Assembly: GCF_009914755.1 (NCBI RefSeq)
Contig: NC_060927.1
Source: the human T2T-CHM13v2.0 reference genome, Homo sapiens
Length of the DNA stretch: 64,000 nt
Direction: 5' to 3' (one strand)
Below the pieces are notes generated by a model, which was not told the origin of the DNA, made no database searches, and was given only the letters and a program-made list of their open reading frames with translations. Of the stretch, positions 58,943 through 64,000 are shown in pieces; within the stretch, counting starts at the first letter, position 1, and every line of letters starts with the position of its first letter. A program made the position numbers and the translations under genes.

Positions 58943-61900
58943 TTTTTTTAGATTTATTCTTAATTTTATGGGTACATAGTAGGTGTTTATATATATAGGA
59001 TATATGAGATGTTTTGATACAGTCATACAATGTGTAATAAACATATCAGGGGAAATGGGGTATCCATCACCTCAAGCATTTGTTATTTCTCTGTGTTGCA
59101 AACTTTCTAATTATACTCGTTTCATTATTTTAAAATGTTCAATAAATTATTTTTGACTCTAGTCACCCCGTTGTGCTATCAAATACTAGATATTATTCAT
59201 TATAACTATATTTTTGTACTCATTAGCCATCCTCACTTCCTCCACCCCTACCTGCATAATATCCTTCCCAGCCTCTGGAAACCATCATTCTATTCTCTGT
59301 CTCCATTAGTTGTATTGTTTTAATTTTTAGCTCACACAAATGAGTGAGAACATGTGAAATGTGTCTTTCTGTGCCTGGCTTAATTCACCTAACATAATGT
59401 CCTCCAGTTCCATCCATATTGTTGCAAATGGTGGTATCTCATCCCTCTTTATAGTTAAATAGTACTCCATTGTGTACAAGTACCACATTTTTACTTTTCC
59501 GTTTGTTGGATGACAGACACTTAGGTTGATTCCAAATCTTAACTATTGTGAACAGTGCTACAATAAACATGGGAGTGCAGATATTTTGTCGATATACTGA
59601 TTTCCTTCCTTTTGGGTATACACCTAGCAGTGGGATTGCTAGATTGTATGGTAGCTGTAATTTTAGTTTTTGAGAAATTTCCATACTATTCTCCATAGTA
59701 GCTGTACTAATTTACATTCCGACTGATAGTGTACGAGGGTTTCCCTTTCTCTATGTTCTCTCCAGCATTTATTTATTGCCTGTCTTTTGGATAAAAGCTA
59801 TTTTAACTGAGGTGAGATGATATCTCATTGTAGTTTTGATTTGCATTTCTCTGATGATCAATGATGTTGGGCACCTTTTCACATATCTATTTGTTATTTG
59901 TATGTCTTCTTTTGAGAAATTTCTATTCAGATCTTTTGCCCATTTTTAATCAGACTATTAGATTTTTTTTTTCTGTTGAGTTGTTTGAGCTCACATATTC
60001 TGGTCATTAATCACTTGTCAGATGGATAGTTTGCAAATATTTTCTCCCATTCCGTGGGTTGTCTCTTCACTTCATTGATTGTTCCCTTTGCTCTGCAGGT
60101 TTTTAACTTGATGTGAACTCATTTGTCCATTTTTGCTTTGGTTGGCTGTACTCATGTGGTATTTCTCAACAAATCTTTGCCCAGACAAATATCCCAGAGA
60201 GTTTCCCCAGTGTTTTCTTTGAGTAGTTTCATAGTTTGAGGTCTTACATTTACATATTTAATCCATTTTTATTTTATTTTGTATATGGTGATAGATGGCA
60301 TCTAGTTTCATTCCTCTGCATATGGATATTCCAGTGTCATTTATTGAAGAGACTATTCTTTCTTCAGTGTATGTTCTTGACATCTTTGTTGAAAATGAGT
60401 TTACTGTAGATGTAAGGATTTAGTTCTGGTTTCTCTATTCTGTTCCATTGGTCTGTGTGTCTGTTTTTATGCCAATACCCTGTTGTTTTGGTTACCATAT
60501 CTCTGTTGCATAGTTTGAAGTCAGGTAATGTGATTCCTCTAGTTTTGTTTCTTTTGCTTAATATGACTTTGAATATTCTGGGTCTTTGTTGGTTCCATAT
60601 AAATTTTGGATTGTTATTTCTGTTTCTGTGAAGAATATCATTAGTATTTTTATGAAGATTATATTGAATCTGTAGGCTGATTTGGATAGTATAGACATTT
60701 TAACAATGTTGATTCTTCCAATTCATGAATGTGGAATATCTTTCCATTTTTCTGTGTCCTCTTCAACTTCTTGTATCAATGTTTTTCAGTTTTCATTGTA
60801 GAGATCTTTCACTTCTTTTGTTAAGTTAATTCCTAGATATTTTACTTTATTTGTAGCTCTTATAAATGGGATTGCTTTCTTGATTTCTTTTTCAGATTGT
60901 TCCCTGTTGGCAAATAGAATGCTACTGATTTTTGGATGTTGATTTTGTATCCTGCAACTTTACGGGATTTATTTATCAGTTCTAATAGTTTTTTGTTTTG
61001 TTTTTTTGTTGTTAGAGTCTTCAGGTTTTTCCAAATATAAGATCATATTGGCTGTAGACAAGGATAATTTGACTTATTCTCTTCTCATTTGCATGCCTTT
61101 ATTTCTTTCACTTGTCTAATTGCTCTAGATAAGAATTCCAGGACTACATTGAATAACAGTGGTGAAAATTTGCATCCTTGTTTTGTTCCAGATCTTAGAG
61201 GAAAGGCTCTCAATTTTACCCCATTCAGTATGATACTAGCTGTGGGTCTGCCATATGTGACTTTTATTGCGTTGAGATATGTACCTTCTATGAACAGTTT
61301 TTTGAGGGCTTTTATCATGAAGGAATGTTTAATTTTATGAAATGCTTTCTCAGCATCAATTGAAATGATCATGTGTTTTTGTCCTTCATTTTGTTGATAT
61401 CATGTATCAACAAAACATCGATTGATTTTCATAGGTTTAACCATTCTTGCATCTCTGGAATGAATTCCACTTGGTCATAATGAATAACCTTTTTAATGTG
61501 TTGTTGTATTTGGTTTGCTAGTATTTTGTTGAGGGTTTTCACATCAATGTTCATCAGGGATATTGGCCTGTGCTTTTGTTTTTTTGATGCATCTTTGTCT
61601 GGTTTTAGTATCAGGATAATACTGGCCTCATATAAACAGATTGGAAGTATTTTCTCTTCCTCTATTTTTAGGAACAGTTTGAGTAGGATCGATATTAGTT
61701 CTTTTTTAAATGTTTGATAAAATTCAGCATTGAAGCCATCAGGTCCTGGATTTTCTTTGCTGGGAGACGTTTTATTTTGGCTTCAATCACGTTTCCTGTT
61801 ACTGGCCTATTCAATAACAGGCTTTGGGATTTCTTCATGGTTCGATCTTGGTAGGTTACATGTGTCTAGAAATTTATTCATTTCTTCCACAGTTTCCAAT

Positions 61901-64000
61901 TTATTGGCATATGGTTGCTCCTGGTAGACTCTAATGATCCTTTGAATTTCTGTGATCTCAGTTGTAATCTCTCTCTTTTCATTTCTGATTTTATTTACTT
62001 GTGTCTTTTTTCTTCTTAGGCTGGCTAAAGATTTGTCAATTTTGTTTATCTTTTCAAAAAACCAACTTTTTGTTTTACTGATCTTTTATATTGGTTTCTT
62101 AATTTCAAATTCATTTATTTCTGCTCTGATCGTTATTATTTCTTTTCTTATACTAATTTTGGGTTTGGTTTTCTCTTGCTCTTTTAGTTCTTTAAGATGC
62201 ATTGTTATTTGATGTTTTTCTGCTTTTTTGATGTAGGCAGTTATTGCTACTAACTTACCTCTTAGTAGTGTTTTTGCTATATTCCATAGGTTTTGGTATG
62301 TGCTGTTTCCATTTTCATTTGGTTCAAGAAAGCTTTTAATTTCCTTCTTAATTTTGTCATTGACCCACTAGTCATTCAGGAGCATATTGTTTAATTCCAT
62401 GCGTTTGTATAATTTCCAAAGCTCCTCTCGTTATTAATTTCTAGTTTTATTCAATTGTAGTCAGAGAAGGTACTTGATATAATTTCCATTAAAAAAAATT
62501 TAAGACTTGATTTGTGGCCTAACATATGATCCATCCTTGACAATGATCCATGTGCTGAGGAGAAGAGTATGTATTCTGCAGCCATTGGATGAAATGTTCG
62601 GTAGTTATCTATTAGATCCATTTGGTCCATAGTACAAATTAAGTATGACATTTCTTTGTTGATCTTCTGTTGGCATGATCTGTCCAAGTGGGATGTTGAA
62701 GTCTCCAGCTATTATGGTATTTGGGTCTGTCTCTCTCTTTGGCTTGAATACTTGCTTTACATATCTGAATGTTTCAGTGTTGGGTTATACATGGATTTAT
62801 AATTGTTAAATCCTCTTGCTGAATTGACTGTTTTATCATTATATAATTTCGTTATCTCTTTTTATAGTTTTTGTCTTGAAATTAATTTCATCTGATATAA
62901 GTATAGCTACTCCTTCCCTTTTTTTTGGTTTCCATTAGCATGGAATATCTTTTTCCATACCTTTATTTTCAGTCTATGTGTGTCTTTTTAGGTAAAGTGT
63001 GTTTCTCGTAGCCATCAGATTGTTGGATTTTTAAAAACCCATTTAGCCTTTTGTCATTTGATTAGAGAGTTACTCTATTTACATTCAATGTTATTATTGA
63101 TAAGTAAGGACTTACTCTTGCCTCCTTGTTATTTGGTTTCTGGTTGTTTTTTGGTATTCTATTCCTTCCTTCCTTCCTTCCTTCCTTCCTTCCTTCCTTC
63201 CTTCCTTCCTTCCTTCCTTCTTTCCTGCCTACCTGCCTTCCTGCCTTACGTTTTTCTTCCTTCCTATCTTTTTTAGTGTGAAGTGATTTTTTTCTGGTGG
63301 TATGACTTAATTTCTTGCTTTTCATTTTTTTGTGGTCTGCTGAAAGTTTTCTGATTTTAGGTTACCCTGAGGTTTGCAAATAACATCTTGCTACCCATTA
63401 TTTTAAACTGATGAAAACTTAACTCTAATTAGAAAACCAACCAACCAAACAAACAAAGAAACAAGCAAAGCCAAAGCTAATAAACGCTCTACACTTTAAC
63501 TTCATCTCCCCTACTTTTTAACTTTTTGCTATTTCTATTTCTATCTTATTACACTGTTACGTCTTAAGAAGCTGTTATAATTATCATTTTTGATAGGTTT
63601 GTCTTTTTGTCTTCCTACTCATGATATGGGTAGTTTATATACCACAATTATAGTGTTATAACATTCTGTATTTGTCTGTATACTTAGTATTATTAGTTAG
63701 TTTTGTACCTTCAGTTGATTTTTTTATTACTCATTAATGTTCTTTTCTTTCAGATTGAAAAACTCGCTTTAGCCTTTCTTGTAGAACAGGCCTGGTGTTG
63801 ACAAAATCCCTCAGCTTTTGTTTATCTGGGAAAGTCTTTATTTCTCCTTTATCTTTGAAGGATATTTTTGCCAGGTATGATATTCTAGGATAATTTTTTT
63901 TTTCCTCCAGCACTTTAAAATACATAATGACCCTCTTTCTTCGCCTGAAAGATTTTCACTGAGAAGTCAGCTGCCACATGTATTGAAGCTCCTTTATATG
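58943..64000 (-). mobile_element. Long L1MA2/3-like element (3' UTR, disrupted ORF2, end of ORF1), continuing past the window edge
   Basis: Colinear pieces: RT ([32 protein letters not shown]), EN (MDLIDNYRTFHP..FSSAHGSLSRMDHMLGHK) and ORF1 (YPRISYLAKISFKDKGEIKTFPDKQKLRDFVNTRPVLQE). Confidence 0.95.
63162..63219. repeat. (TTCC)n tetranucleotide repeat inside the L1
   Basis: Read directly; source of the RKEG-repeat ORF. Confidence 0.95.

Overview
AT-rich, CpG-depleted primate genomic DNA, most consistent with human or another hominoid given the canonical AluY and L1PA copies. It looks intronic or intergenic, and roughly half of it is recognisable interspersed repeat: L1 (L1PA, L1MA, L1MB/MC/ME), about 12 Alus, solo LTRs (LTR15, MLT1, MLT2, MST, LTR33, MER31), DNA transposons (MER2, Charlie1, MER20, MER5, MER58, Tigger1), L2 and MIR. 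I can support no protein-coding gene, RNA gene, CpG island or CRISPR array. The long ORFs with recognisable homology are L1 or Alu remnants or repeat read-throughs. The best-supported unusual structures are (1) a twin-primed L1PA inversion with a 33-bp duplication at the breakpoint, (2) an L1 fragment truncated at both ends with no poly(A) or TSD, (3) a perfect 11x14-bp VNTR that builds 11 AATAAA hexamers, (4) a near-consensus AluY with an A37 tail, and (5) a template-switch footprint in an old L1. Enhancer-like motif clusters, a recursive-splice-like site and a chain of minus-strand exon candidates are speculative. I did not find a convincing novel biological system. Subfamily names come from recalled consensus sequences, not from a search, and old-repeat boundaries are approximate.
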